Below, in pieces: positions 12,283-24,370 of a DNA stretch of 64,000 nt (position 1 is its first letter; each line of letters starts with the position of its first letter). The notes under the pieces were generated by a model that worked only from the letters and a program-made list of their open reading frames with translations, ran no database searches and was not told the DNA's origin. This DNA is from Eledone cirrhosa (Eukaryota). The position numbers and the translations under genes were made by a program. The DNA is taken from NCBI GenBank assembly GCA_964016885.1, contig OZ024743.1, positions 96,534,001 to 96,598,000 on the forward strand. The letters run 5' to 3'.

Positions 12283-14338
12283 TCATCATCATCATACGTT
12301 CTCTTTTCCCTGCTTGCAAAGATTGGACGGGTCCTATTCAGCACAGCATCTCTCCACTTGTCATGGTCCTTCGTCATCTCCTCGGTGAGTTTCAGCGATC
12401 TGAGGTCTGCTCTCACCACCTCTGCCCATGTTTTTCGTGGTCTACCTCTACCGCGTCTTCCCTCCACTGGGACTTCCTGGCACTTCTTTACCCAGCGGTC
12501 ATCCTCCATGCGCATCACATGTCCATATCATCTCAGCCTTCTCTCCTGCACACCACAACTTATCCCTCTTATACCCAGTTTCTTTCTCAACTCGTCTATG
12601 CTTGGTTGTTCACATACATTGACATTGCACATCCAACGGAGCATACTTGCTTCATTTCTCTCCAGCCGTCGCATATCTTCTGCAGTTGCTGCCCATGCAG
12701 CATCGTACATCTCACATAGGCATCATATAACCGTTCTTTCAAACGCAGGGAGAAACCCTACTTTGTCAACAAAGGAAGCAGCTCCCTAAACTTCTTCCAA
12801 CCCGTCCTTATTCTAGATACTATGGCCTTGGAACAATCCCCTCCCATGCTAATCTGATCACCTAGGTACCAGAAGCTATCAACCATTTCTATAGAACCCA
12901 ACTGCATTGGAAAAATGAGTCTATCACAGTGATTACTACTGCCAACTTTCCCAGTACATCTACTGCATATGTAGTTTTCCCTACTTGTTAGTTTGCCTGC
13001 TATCCTACTACATCTCTTGTGTACCCAAGAACTGCATTGCATACATTTTATGGAATATATGCCAGTTCCTTTCCTACATATCGAACATGGCCATTTCCCT
13101 GATGGAATCAGAGTATTGTCCTCTCTTCTACTTATCAACACTTTTGTTTTAGCTATGTTTACTCTCAGTCCTCTTGATTCCAACTGCTGTTTCCATAGCC
13201 AGAATTTATTCTCTAGCTCCTCTACTGATTCTGCTATAAGAACCAGATCATCAGCATAAAGAAGTTCCCATGGGCATCCAGTCTTAAACTCCTCTGTTAT
13301 GGCTTGGGGGACTATAATGAACAAGACTGGGTTGAGGACCGAACCTTGATGTACACCTACTTGTATCTGGAATTCCTCATTAAACTCTATTCCTATTCTC
13401 ACTTTACTGACAGCACCCCTGTACATAGCTTGCACTGTCCTCACAAGCCATTCCTCTACACCTAGTTTCCTTAGGGATCACCAGATGACAGATCGGGGTA
13501 CCCTATCAAAGGCCTTCTCTAGGTAAACAAAAGTTAAGTATAGTGGCTTTTTCTTCTCTAAGAACCTCTCTTGTAGTTGCCTCACTAAGAAGAGGGCATC
13601 TGTTGTACTTCTCCGAGGCACAAAACCAAACTGCATCTCATCTAAATTGGCCCTTTCTCTAATCAGTTGCGCTAATATTCTCTCTGCCACTTTAATAACC
13701 TGATCCATCAGCTTTATGCCCTATAATTGCTCCTCTCTAGAACATCCTCTTTACAATTGATGAGAATACTGCTGCACCAGTCTTTGGGTATGACACCACC
13801 ATATATAGCCTGATTGATGATGCATGCAACTAGTTTAGTGCCTACTTCTCCTGATGCCTTCAGCATCTCAGCAACTATCCCCGACGGCCCAGGAGCCTTA
13901 TCATTCTTCATTTCCTTAATCGCCTCTTGGACCCTATATTCATCAATCTCAATAGCTGGTCCCTCTGTTGGATCTACTAAGGGTAATTTCTCTCTCTCCC
14001 ATTCGTTCTCCACATTCATCAGTCTCTCATAATGACATTTCCAGGCCTCCTTCTTTAAATCATTCGTGACACTAAGTACACCAGCATCATTCCGGACCCA
14101 CTTATCTCCAACAACATCCTGATTTGCACTGACACACTGCCTTCCAATGCAGAACACCGCAGGTCTCTGATCTTCCCGTCGCAAACCTCCTACTCTCAGC
14201 CTCCCTGTGTGCTAAGTACACCTGATGTCTAGCTTCTCTCTTAGCGGCTGTGTATCCGTCTCTACTCCCACCAATTTTTCAAGCTTTCCATGCCAGTCTT
14301 TTGTCTCTAATGGCCCTATCTACCATGCTGTTCCACCA
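12283..14338 (-). mobile_element. 5'-truncated RTE LINE (subfamily C), RT pseudogene with frameshifts
   Basis: ORFs with KAPGPSGI, QFGF, EKAFDRV, HQGS, LLYADDL, PHD-type cysteines, RGRPRKTW. Confidence 0.95.
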
Positions 14339-14340
14339 TA

Positions 14341-14538
14341 TGTATTAAGTGTTTCCGTAGGATAGGTAAAGGAAAGGAGAGTGCTCTATGTAGGCTACAG
14401 AGTTATTTAGTTATGTAATAAACAAAATAAAATTTCATTCTGATGAACGATTTCAGATGTCTGTGTCGAGCTCGTCTGTCTTCGTGAAACCTTTGGTAAA
14501 TGGAATAATTGTCTTATATTGTTTATTACATAACTATA
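14341..14538. mobile_element. Penelope-like pLTR / retrozyme-like remnant with inverted arm and hammerhead
   Basis: tagttatgtaataaacaa / ttgtttattacataacta inverted arms enclose an HHR; ends in (TA)n. Confidence 0.6.
14432..14506 (+). ncRNA. Type I hammerhead ribozyme, complete core, predicted cleavage after GUA (14498)
   Basis: Stem I atttcatt/aatggaat; CTGATGA 14440-14446; stem II acga..cagatg/cgtctg..tcgt; GAAA 14486-14489; stem III cc-ttt-gg; TA. Confidence 0.8.
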
Positions 14539-14954
14539 TGTATATATATATATACATATATATATTGGGAGTTACCAGTTTAGACCATTGTTAACTAATA
14601 CTTGGAAAAGTAGTGTATATATATATTGTAAAGCATCAGTGCCTGATGGCTGAGATCTTTACAATACATACACATGCATTATATGAATACGATCTCAGCA
14701 CAAATACATGCTATCTAAAGTTTCAAACTTTCACCACCATAGGACATAGACTTTCTATGTCTGTTAGTTTAGTTGCCTGTAGGCCAAACCAAGATGACTG
14801 AACAATATTTCATGTGTGATCTTGTCAGATATAAGTGGGTTAATAATGTGATAATACATTTGGTATTTTTGTTGTTGTAGAGGAGAAACAACTCATGTGT
14901 CTGCCAGTTATACACACACACATATGTATATATATATATACACACACACACGTA

Positions 14955-15032
14955 TACAGGGTGGCCCAAAAATATATACACACTTCAACAGCATTATAAT
15001 AAATATGTGTATACATTTTGGGGACAATCTCT
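14955..15032. mobile_element. Degenerate Tc1/mariner-like MITE
   Basis: TA-cagggtggcccaaaaatatatacaca ... tgtgtatacattttggggacaatctc imperfect TIRs. Confidence 0.5.
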
Positions 15033-15491
15033 CTCTATATATATATATGTATATGTGCATGTTCACACACACATACATATATATATATATAGGGTTATCG
15101 GATTTTGAGCTCCGCTGACGATCGATTCCAACCGTGACCATCTCCACTGAAAGTTTCGTGAAATAGTAATTTTAAGACTACACAGAGCATTTGTAGATTT
15201 TCCAAATTGTAGGATGAGTATTTAGACTTTATTTTATTCTGAATTAAGGCTCTATTGATTTTTCCCTGGATTTCACAAAATTCTGTGGATAAGTCAATGT
15301 CTTGATTTTTTTTTAATTGAGTTTGAATTATTTTCCCACATCTTACGTTAACTATTTTTCCATTTTGACGTTATAGTCACTTATATATTATGAAATACTG
15401 TTCGCTTCATGCTCACAATAATTTCTATACTTTTATTTATATATTATATATATATAAGTATGTAAAATGAAATTTTGTTTCATTTTTTCCG

Positions 15492-15540
<49 letters not shown>

Positions 15541-15544
<4 letters not shown>

Positions 15545-15679
15545 CAAAGGAATTGTGGTAAGGAACCAGATGGACCATAACGCACCAGAGTACTCAATAC
15601 TTAGGGTAGTAGAGTGGGAAATAGGAAAAAATATGACCCCAATGGCAGAGCTCTGCCGTCGGGGTCATACTTTTTTCCT
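15541..15679. mobile_element. TA-flanked fold-back element (ataacgaagg family), palindrome centred on predicted HHR stem III
   Basis: Same leader as 26841 and 27753; hairpin 15623-15679 with axis in ggcagag|ctctgcc followed by GTC-ggggtc. Confidence 0.7.
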
Positions 15680-15692
15680 CTCTCTCTCTCTC

Positions 15693-15733
<41 letters not shown>

Positions 15734-15735
<2 letters not shown>

Positions 15736-16050
15736 AGGCACATGGCTTAGTGGTTAGAGCATTGAAAGGTTGTGAGTTCAATTCTCAGACCGGGTGATGT
15801 GTTGTTTCCTTGAGCAAGATACTTTATTTCACATTGCTCCAGTTTACTCAGCTGTAGGAATGAGATAGGGACTGGGGTCCATATCATTCCACTGCAAAGT
15901 GGTTGTGGAGGTGCCACGGAAAAAAAGCACCCAGCACTCACTGTAAATGAGGTTGGTATTAGGAAGGGCATCCAGCTGTAGAAATCAAACCAGAATCAGT
16001 TCCCATCCCACCCTTGCAAGCAGGGAAAAGCGGATGTAAAATGATGATAT
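15734..16050 (+). mobile_element. tRNA/CORE-like SINE with RTE tail (copy of 9165 family)
   Basis: Near-identical to 9165-9520 with a short deletion in the tRNA head; flanked by (TA)n. Confidence 0.85.
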
Positions 16051-16339
16051 ATATAAATTTAGAAGAAACAAAGGGCTGTGTGGTTACTTGATAAAGTGTA
16101 ATTGTTAATGTGGCAATATTATCTTTATGTATATATATATTTATTTGTATATTTGTCTATGTATTTTCTGTGTGTAAATATATGAATTGTTCTAGTGTGT
16201 GTGTCTATATAGATTTTGTCTTAGACTTTATAGAGCAGGGATGCAGAATTATTGATAGTGTATTTATTATTTATGTACATAATATTCAAGTAACTCATTG
16301 GGTTTAACTGGGTGTAGTTTTCTTTAGAAACTATTGGTA

Positions 16340-16375
<36 letters not shown>

Positions 16376-16457
16376 TTTATTCATTAGTAGTACAGATTAA
16401 ACTTTATTCTGTACTAATAATAAATATTTGCTCTACGGGTTTATATATACTTTTTTT

Positions 16458-16631
<174 letters not shown>

Positions 16632-17415
16632 TATATTGTATTGTTTATTATACATTATATATATATATAATATATACACAATCCTTTAGCCCTCTTCAGA
16701 TTTTGGTCTTTGTATTTATTATTACTATATATATCAATGAAAAAAGGAATGTTGGATTCCAAATGTTGTTTTAATTTTGCAAAAATCCCAGTATATATTT
16801 CTATGGCCACAAAGCTTACATCATCAGATCATGACACAAGATGTGTGGCAGTATCATTAGGTCTAATTCACAAAGATTAGCTAATCAATTATTGGATTGT
16901 GGCAAATTATAAACAAAGAATAGAATTGATATGGAGGCGGTTTGCCAATCAATGCAAATACTGTGGCAGGTGGCCTCTGTATATGTATGTGTGTATATAT
17001 AAATATATATTATATATATACATATATATATAGGATGCCTTTACTGTTGGAATTCAGGAAAACCACAAATCAGGTTAATACTCACTGCATACTTAGATAC
17101 ATTTGGTATAGATATTCTTTAAAATTCCAACAAGGCCCCATTCTATTTAAGCTAGCCTGCATATATGTTTATATTTTAGTACCTATGTCAGTATCTATAG
17201 GACCTATGTCAGTATCTTCAAAGGAATGCTTAATTTGCAAAATGCAGTAAAAAAGAAGCTTTAAAATCTGAGGATCTTAAGGAATGTAAACCATCATTCA
17301 CTCCACCCTTTCTCTTTCTTTACCTTTTTCACTTGTAAATTCTGTCCTCATTACTTGAGAGAGAGAGAGGGAGAGAGAGAGAGGGACATTCAGAAGCTAT
17401 TATTAAATATAAGCT

Positions 17416-17836
17416 ATGAGGTGATAAAAGCCGACCTTACCCAACTACACCTCTCAAAGTCAATGACACACGACCGTGACTTCTGGCGTCACGCAGTAAT
17501 ACAGGGTACCCGACCTCCCATGGGTACATGCTGAAGCATATAAACAATATGCCCCCCCCCCCCACCGCAAGGTGGTCGTGGAGGTGCCACGGCAAAAAAG
17601 CACCCAGCCCACACTGTAAAGTGGACGTGTAGGCGCCACGAAAAAGCACCCAGCACTCACTGTAAATGAGGTTGGTGTTAGGAAGGGCATCCAGCTGTAG
17701 AAATCAAGCCAGATCAGTTCCTGTATGAGCAAGGCATGGTCAGCCGACCAGACACTGCCCACAACAGGACAACCCGTCTAACCCATGCTAGCGTGGAAGA
17801 ACGGACGTAAAACGGTGATGATGATGATGATGATGA
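17416..17836 (+). mobile_element. RTE 3' fragment (subfamily B)
   Basis: Virtually identical to the reverse complement of 30749-31168; (GAT)n tail. Confidence 0.9.
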
Positions 17837-18067
17837 AGCTACTTCCTACTTCTTAATGCTGATAATAATAATAGCCACTCAGTATTCAATTACTCGAAAG
17901 CTCTGACAAAATTATGCCAAATAGGGTTTGGCATGGTGGAAATATTTCTTCTCACATCCATCTGTTTCTCAAAATGGGAAATTGGCTTCATTATACTAAA
18001 CCTGACAACTCTGATTTGCAACAGTGACAAAGTTTGAACTCATAACATTCAGATTAGTAGTTATACA

Positions 18068-18518
18068 ATAACCCTTTTCATACCAAGCCACCTGAAACCA
18101 CACCTAGTTCTGTGATATAAAACTGTTTGTTGTAAAGTTGTTTATATTTATCTAAAAACCTTCCATAATAATTTTCATGCAAGGTCCTTTGTTTAGTTAT
18201 GCTCCAAACACCAGTTTAATAATGAGAAAGTTTAATTGCTAAATCCCTCAAAATTCTTTATTATTATCAAAATTATTGGAAAACTATAGGCAGAATTTTT
18301 CATTAGAAATATGATAATGGTTTCTACTTTAGGCACAAGGCCAGCAATTACCCAGTGCATTACTGGTACTTTATTTTATCGACCCCGTGAGGATGAAAGG
18401 CAAAGTCAACCTCGGCGGGATTTGAACTCAGATCGTAAAGGGACGTAACTATGCTGGAAAGCATGGCGTCCGACACTCTACCGATACTGCCAATCCACAT
18501 GATAATGAAAGGGTTTAA
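18068..18518 (+). mobile_element. piggyBac-like MITE interrupted by a SINE
   Basis: Ends (a)taaccctttt ... gaaagggtttaa; similar to 24107-24370. Confidence 0.5.
18320..18498 (-). mobile_element. Full-length tRNA-derived Meta-domain-like SINE with 9-bp TSD
   Basis: Minus strand gtggattggcagtatcggtagag..gagttcaaatccc..gcctttcatcctcacggggtcgataaaataaagtaccag; TSD atgataatg at 18311-18319 and 18499-18507. Confidence 0.85.
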
Positions 18519-18789
18519 GATTAAATGAGTGTGGGAGGATGTTGTCAGTTGAACTTTTAACCAAATTTATCATTCTTATTTATTTGTAAAATGAATATTT
18601 AATATTGATAACTCAATATCAGCAGTTTATATTAAGTCAGTGGTGCTGAGAACAGTAGTAACTTCATGAATTTCATTCCAGCTTTCATTTCTCTTTTCCG
18701 TTAATCTTTTTAATGTAATTCACTTTTAGAGAGAGTTTGTGTTTACATATGATTGATGGGTGTTTGTCTGTTGTCTTTATACAAGGTGG

Positions 18790-19140
18790 ACACAACATGC
18801 CTGAATGGTTAAGGAATTTGCTTCACAATCATTTGGTATTGGGTTCAAACTCACTGCATGACATTTTAGGCAAGTGTCATTTACCATAGTCTCCGATTGA
18901 CTACTGCCTTTTGAATGAAACTAGGTTGTCAGAAGCTATATGGGAGCCTGTCAAATGGACTGTACCTGTAATTCAAGGAGCTAGCCTTATCACACACTGT
19001 TATACTGAACCGCCTTGAGAATTATGTTAAGGATACATGTGTCTGTGGAATGCTCAGCCACTTACATGTTTAGTTCATGAGCAGGCTGTTTTATTGGTTG
19101 AACAACTCGAGCACGCATCAGTAAAACTGAGGGATGTCCA
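18790..19140 (+). mobile_element. Degenerate tRNA/CORE SINE with long 3' body (related to 28275)
   Basis: ggttaagg..gggttcaaactc..ggcaagtgtc; body tatgttaaggatacatgtgtctgtggaatg shared with 28275-28580. Confidence 0.6.
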
Positions 19141-19532
19141 TTCCATTTCCTTATATAACGTGTTACAAATAATACTGATGTGATGGCAGTGGTCTGTCAC
19201 TTTACCTGGCATGGACATTGGATCTGATGTATCATGGTAGCCTATTGCATGATGGTAGAGATTTGAAGTTAATTAAATCAACCCTAGTACTTTAATTTAA
19301 TGGACCTAGAACAAATACTGCAAAGTAATTTTGTCCAACATTTTAATGATTCTGTCAATTCACTGCCATCATGAAATTTATTCCATTAAAATAGTTATTA
19401 TTTTCCAGCATTATCTATTATCTATAAAATCCGAACCAATTTGTAAAGGACAGGAGTGATGTTCTACCAAATATTGCTAGAGAAATTCCACATGATAGAA
19501 GTGGCATCTACAGTATGTGCTCTAGTAACTTG

Positions 19533-21690
19533 TGAAACACTGTAAACACTTCTATAACTCTACACTGCCAATGTTTACTGAAATACTGTAAACACTTCTA
19601 TAACTCTACACTGGCAATGTTTACTGAAACACTGTAAACACTTCTATAACTCTACACTGCCAATGTTTACTGAAATACTGTAAACACTTCTATAACTCTA
19701 CACTGGCAATGTTTACTGAAACACTGTAAACACTTCTATAACTCTACACTGCCAATGTTTACTGAAATACTGTAAACACTTCTATAACTCTACACTGGCA
19801 ATGTTTACTGAAACACTGTAAACACTTCTATAACTCTACACTGCCAATGTTTACTGAAATACTGTAAACACTTCTATAACTCTACACTGCCAATGTTTAC
19901 TTAAACACTGTAAACACTTCTATAACTCTACACTGCCAATGTTTACTTAAACACTGTAAACACTTCTATAACTCTACACTGTCAATGTTTACTGAAACAC
20001 TGTAAACACTTCTATAACTCTACACTGCCAATGTTTACTGAAACACTGTAAACACTTCTATAACTCTACACTGCCAATGTTTACTGAAACACTGTAAACA
20101 CTTCTATAACTCTACACTGCCAATGTTTTACTGAAAGACTGTAAACACTTCTATAACTCTACACTGCCAATGTTTACTGAAACACTGTAAACACTTCTAT
20201 AACTCTACACTGTCAATGTTTACTTAAACACTGTAAACACTTCTATAACTCTACACTGTCAATGTTTACTTAAACAGTGTAAACACTTCTATAACTCTAC
20301 ACTGCCAATGTTTACTGAAACACTGTAAACACTTCTATAACTCTACACTGCCAATGTTTACTGAAACACTGTAAACACTTCTATAACTCTACACTGCCAA
20401 TGTTTACTGAAACACTGTAAACACTTCTATAACTCTACACTGCCAATGTTTACTGAAACACTGTAAACACTTCTATAACTCTACACTGCCAATGTTTACT
20501 TAAACACTGTAAACACTTCTATAACTCTACACTGCCAATGTTTACTTAAACACTGTAAACACTTCTATAACTCTACACTGTCAATGTTTATTTAAACACT
20601 GTAAACACTTCTATAACTCTACACTGTCAATGTTTACTTAAACAGTGTAAACACTTCTATAACTCTACACTGCCAATGTTTACTGAAACACTGTAAACAC
20701 TTCTATAACTCTACACTGTCAATGTTTACTGAAACACTGTAAACACTTCTATAACTCTACACTGCCAATGTTTACTTAAACACTGTAAACACTTCTATAA
20801 CTCTACACTGCCAATGTTTACTGAAACACTGTAAACACTTCTATAACTCTACACTGCCAATGCTTACTGAAACACTGTAAACACTTCTATAACTCTACAC
20901 TGCCAATGTTTACTGAAATACTGTAAACACTTCTATAACTCTACACTGTCAATGTTTACTGAAACACTGTAAACACTTCTATAACTCTACACTGTCAATG
21001 TTTACTGAAACACTGTAAACACTTCTATAACTCTACACTGTCAATGTTTACTGAAACACTGTAAACACTTCTAAAACTCTACACTGTCAATGTTTACTGA
21101 AACACTGTAAACACTTCTATAACTCTACACTGTCAATGTTTACTGAAACACTGTAAACACTTCTATAACTCTACACTGCCAATGTTTACTGAAACACTAT
21201 AAACACTTCTATAACTCTACACTGCCAATGTTTACTTAAACACTGTAAACACTTCTATAACTCTACACTGCCAATGTTTACTGAAATACTGTAAACACTT
21301 CTATAACACTACACTGTCAATGTTTACTGAAACACTTCTATAACTCTACACTGCCAATGTTTACTGAAACACTGTAAACACTTCTATAACTCTACACTGT
21401 CAATGTTTACTGAAACACTGTAAACACTTCTAAAACTCTACACTGTCAATGTTTACTGAAATACTGTAAACACTTCTATAACTCTACACTGTCAATGTTT
21501 ACTGAAACACTTCTATAACTCTACACTGCCAATGTTTACTGAAACACTGTAAACACTTCTATAACTCTACACTGTCAATGTTTACTGAAACACTGTAAAC
21601 ACTTCTAAAACTCTACACTGTCAATGTTTACTGAAATACTGTAAACACTTCTATAACTCTACACTGTCAATGTTTACTGAAATACTGTAA
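19533..21690. repeat. 46-bp tandem satellite, ~47 copies
   Basis: Unit actgtaaacacttctataactctacactgccaatgtttactgaaac; period 46 (tgtaaac at 19541 and 19587). Confidence 0.97.
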
Positions 21691-21751
21691 GACATATTTA
21701 TGTCATAATGTACACTATAGATATTTATGTCACAATACACTATGAACATAA

Positions 21752-22060
21752 AGGCACATGAGATACTGATTAGAGTGTTGGACTCAGAATCAGAAGGTTG
21801 TAGTTTTGATTCCCAGACTAGATGGCATGATGTATTCTTCAGTAAAGTACTTCATATTGCTCCAGTTTTCCTGCAATGCCACTGGTGCCAAGATTTGACT
21901 GGTGCCAGCATTTGACTTTCCCATGAACAACATTGTTGGAATGAAGAGAGTCAACTATCATGCTTGGCAGCTTGCCGGTCTTCCTGAAACACCTTGTCCA
22001 GGTTTATGCATTTGAAAGAAACTTTCCAGATGAACATACATGGTCAATCACGCATTGAAG
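21752..22060 (+). mobile_element. Degenerate tRNA/CORE SINE
   Basis: aggcacatg..gattagagtgttggactca..tttgattcccagac..catattgctccagtt resembles the head of the 9165 SINE. Confidence 0.6.
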
Positions 22061-24106
22061 ACAACAATATTGACATTAAAGACAACATTAAAGACAACAT
22101 TAAAGACAACAATATTGCTGCTCTAAATATTTATGTCACAAGATGATATAAGTATCTACACCACTATAATAACTACTGATGTTTACTGAATAGCTGTAAG
22201 TATAACTTCTTAGGTAATTGAAATGGCTTTGACTGCTTGGCTTTGAAGGGGAAGTACTAGTTGGCTATTGGATCCATTGACAAAATAAGAGGTGCATTTA
22301 GAGCCACAATTAAAAAAGTAAATATACAAAATTATAGAAGGGTTATTGTATAAAATTCTTTGTACAATTAGCTGTTAAAAAAATCTAAGGATGTTTTTGA
22401 AATAATTTTAAATGATTTATTTACCACTTTTTTTTTTTATAAAATATACTCAATTTATTATATATTTGACTTCCATCTAATATTTTCAATTCATTAAAAT
22501 AGATATCCACCTGCAAAACCAACACATTACTATTTTTTCAATTAACTAGCTAAGATTTATGCGTAGTAAATGTGAAGTTCACCTGATCCGCATCAATGTA
22601 AATGCAGTTGTTTCCATTTTTCATTAATGTAAGTTAAAGGTAACAGCAAGTATACATAGCAAGCCACCCAAGATTATTACATCTGCCTAAAGTTGGCATT
22701 TAATATCTTACACTTATTAAATTGCCTTAACACATTTGTTATGTCAAATAAGTATACCAACTGTATTAAAATCTTATGCAGCTTAAACCTAAATTAGAAC
22801 TACACTAGCTAAATATTTATAAGCAATTCTATATGTTAGCATAGGCTAAATGGCTTTGAAACATTAGATATTAACAGAAAATTGACAATATTGTAGATCT
22901 CTGAGTTAAGGATGTCATCACCCACTGTATCCTTGGTGATAGACTTGCAGAAGCAGATGCTTTAAGGAATGTGATATGAGAACATATGTATATTTTAAAT
23001 ATAGAATAATTAAGTAAAAAAGAAAACTTGGAAATATAGAATAAATACTAGAAAATAAAATATTTAAAAAAAAACATCTTATGTAAAAAATATTATACTT
23101 GAATCTATGTAATGTAAGAAATAACAAGCTACAATCACATTAATAAAAATATCAAAATAGTAGGGATATATATAAAAGGAAATGCTACCTATCATAACAA
23201 TATATTATCAAGGTTTAAAAAGTAACTAAGCACACAGCCACAAGAGTTTTATTACCTTTGCTAAAGCAGGGGTTAATCTTACTGATCCCTATAACAAGCT
23301 TCATATCCATCATAGGGTCCTTTTCAATATTTTGTGACCAGATGCTCTTCCTTGTGCCAACACTTTTAGTAATTTCTTATGACACAAAGGGATACAGTGT
23401 ACTTATTCTGATTACAGACTAAAGGGAAATGCAAAATACAAAAACAGAACTCTAGTTGTAACGGAAAATATCAAAGAATTTGATCCTAATAATTACATAA
23501 AAATACAAAAACAAAATAATCTAGCAACAGGAAACCCTCTTGTATTCTATAAAGGCTATTTCACAAGATTCTAGGACATACAGGTGGAACCCTGAGCTAA
23601 TTGACAGTAGGAATGAAGTTTTACTTTAAAATCCTGACTTTCAAAATAGATCATATATATGCAAATATCATCCAACACTTTGACAATTTCATACTCTCAT
23701 ATAAAGTTTCAATATCCCTAAACCACAGATATACTGAAAAGGGATATAGAGGGTAAAAGCACAAATATTCATTAAAAGAATACTGTATACCACTTTGGAT
23801 AAGTGCCTTCTACTATAACTTTAGGTTAATCAATGAAATGTGAGTGAATTTTGTTGATGAAACTGCAGAAGCCCATGTGTGCATGCATGGGTGTGTGATT
23901 CTCTGTCTTTATGACTCCATTTAAGCAAGAAGTGCCATTTGTTTATGTCCAACATCTGAACAGTATCAGGCTTAAAAGCAGTGTGGGTTAACATAAAAAA
24001 GTCTTATATAATCCATGCCATGGAAAAAGGAGATGTAAAAATGATGTAGTTGATGATGATAGGAATGTGTAAGAGAAAGAATATTCAATACAGTGAGGAA
24101 ACGAAT

Positions 24107-24370
24107 TTAACTCTTTGGGTACCAAACTAACGGAAACTGCCCTCGATTTTATGACATATAGACATTCTTTTTAAAGTATTCATATCTAATTTTAAAACTT
24201 CCAACATAATTTTATGTAAAAAAATTGTGTAACTTACAGAGATTTCAACACCAGCTTAAAAATGAAAAAGTTAGTTACATTACAAAATCCTTACAAATAC
24301 TTTTTTAATTTTCAAAATTAGTTGAAAATTATAAGCTGTATCTCTCACTAGAAATATAATGAAAGGTTAA
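24107..24370 (+). mobile_element. piggyBac-like MITE
   Basis: ttaactcttt ... gaaaggttaa termini; internal similarity to 18068 and 63850. Confidence 0.5.

Noticed and set aside
19533-21690. CRISPR array
   Set aside because: Contiguous 46-bp units with no unique spacers, no cas genes, eukaryotic context
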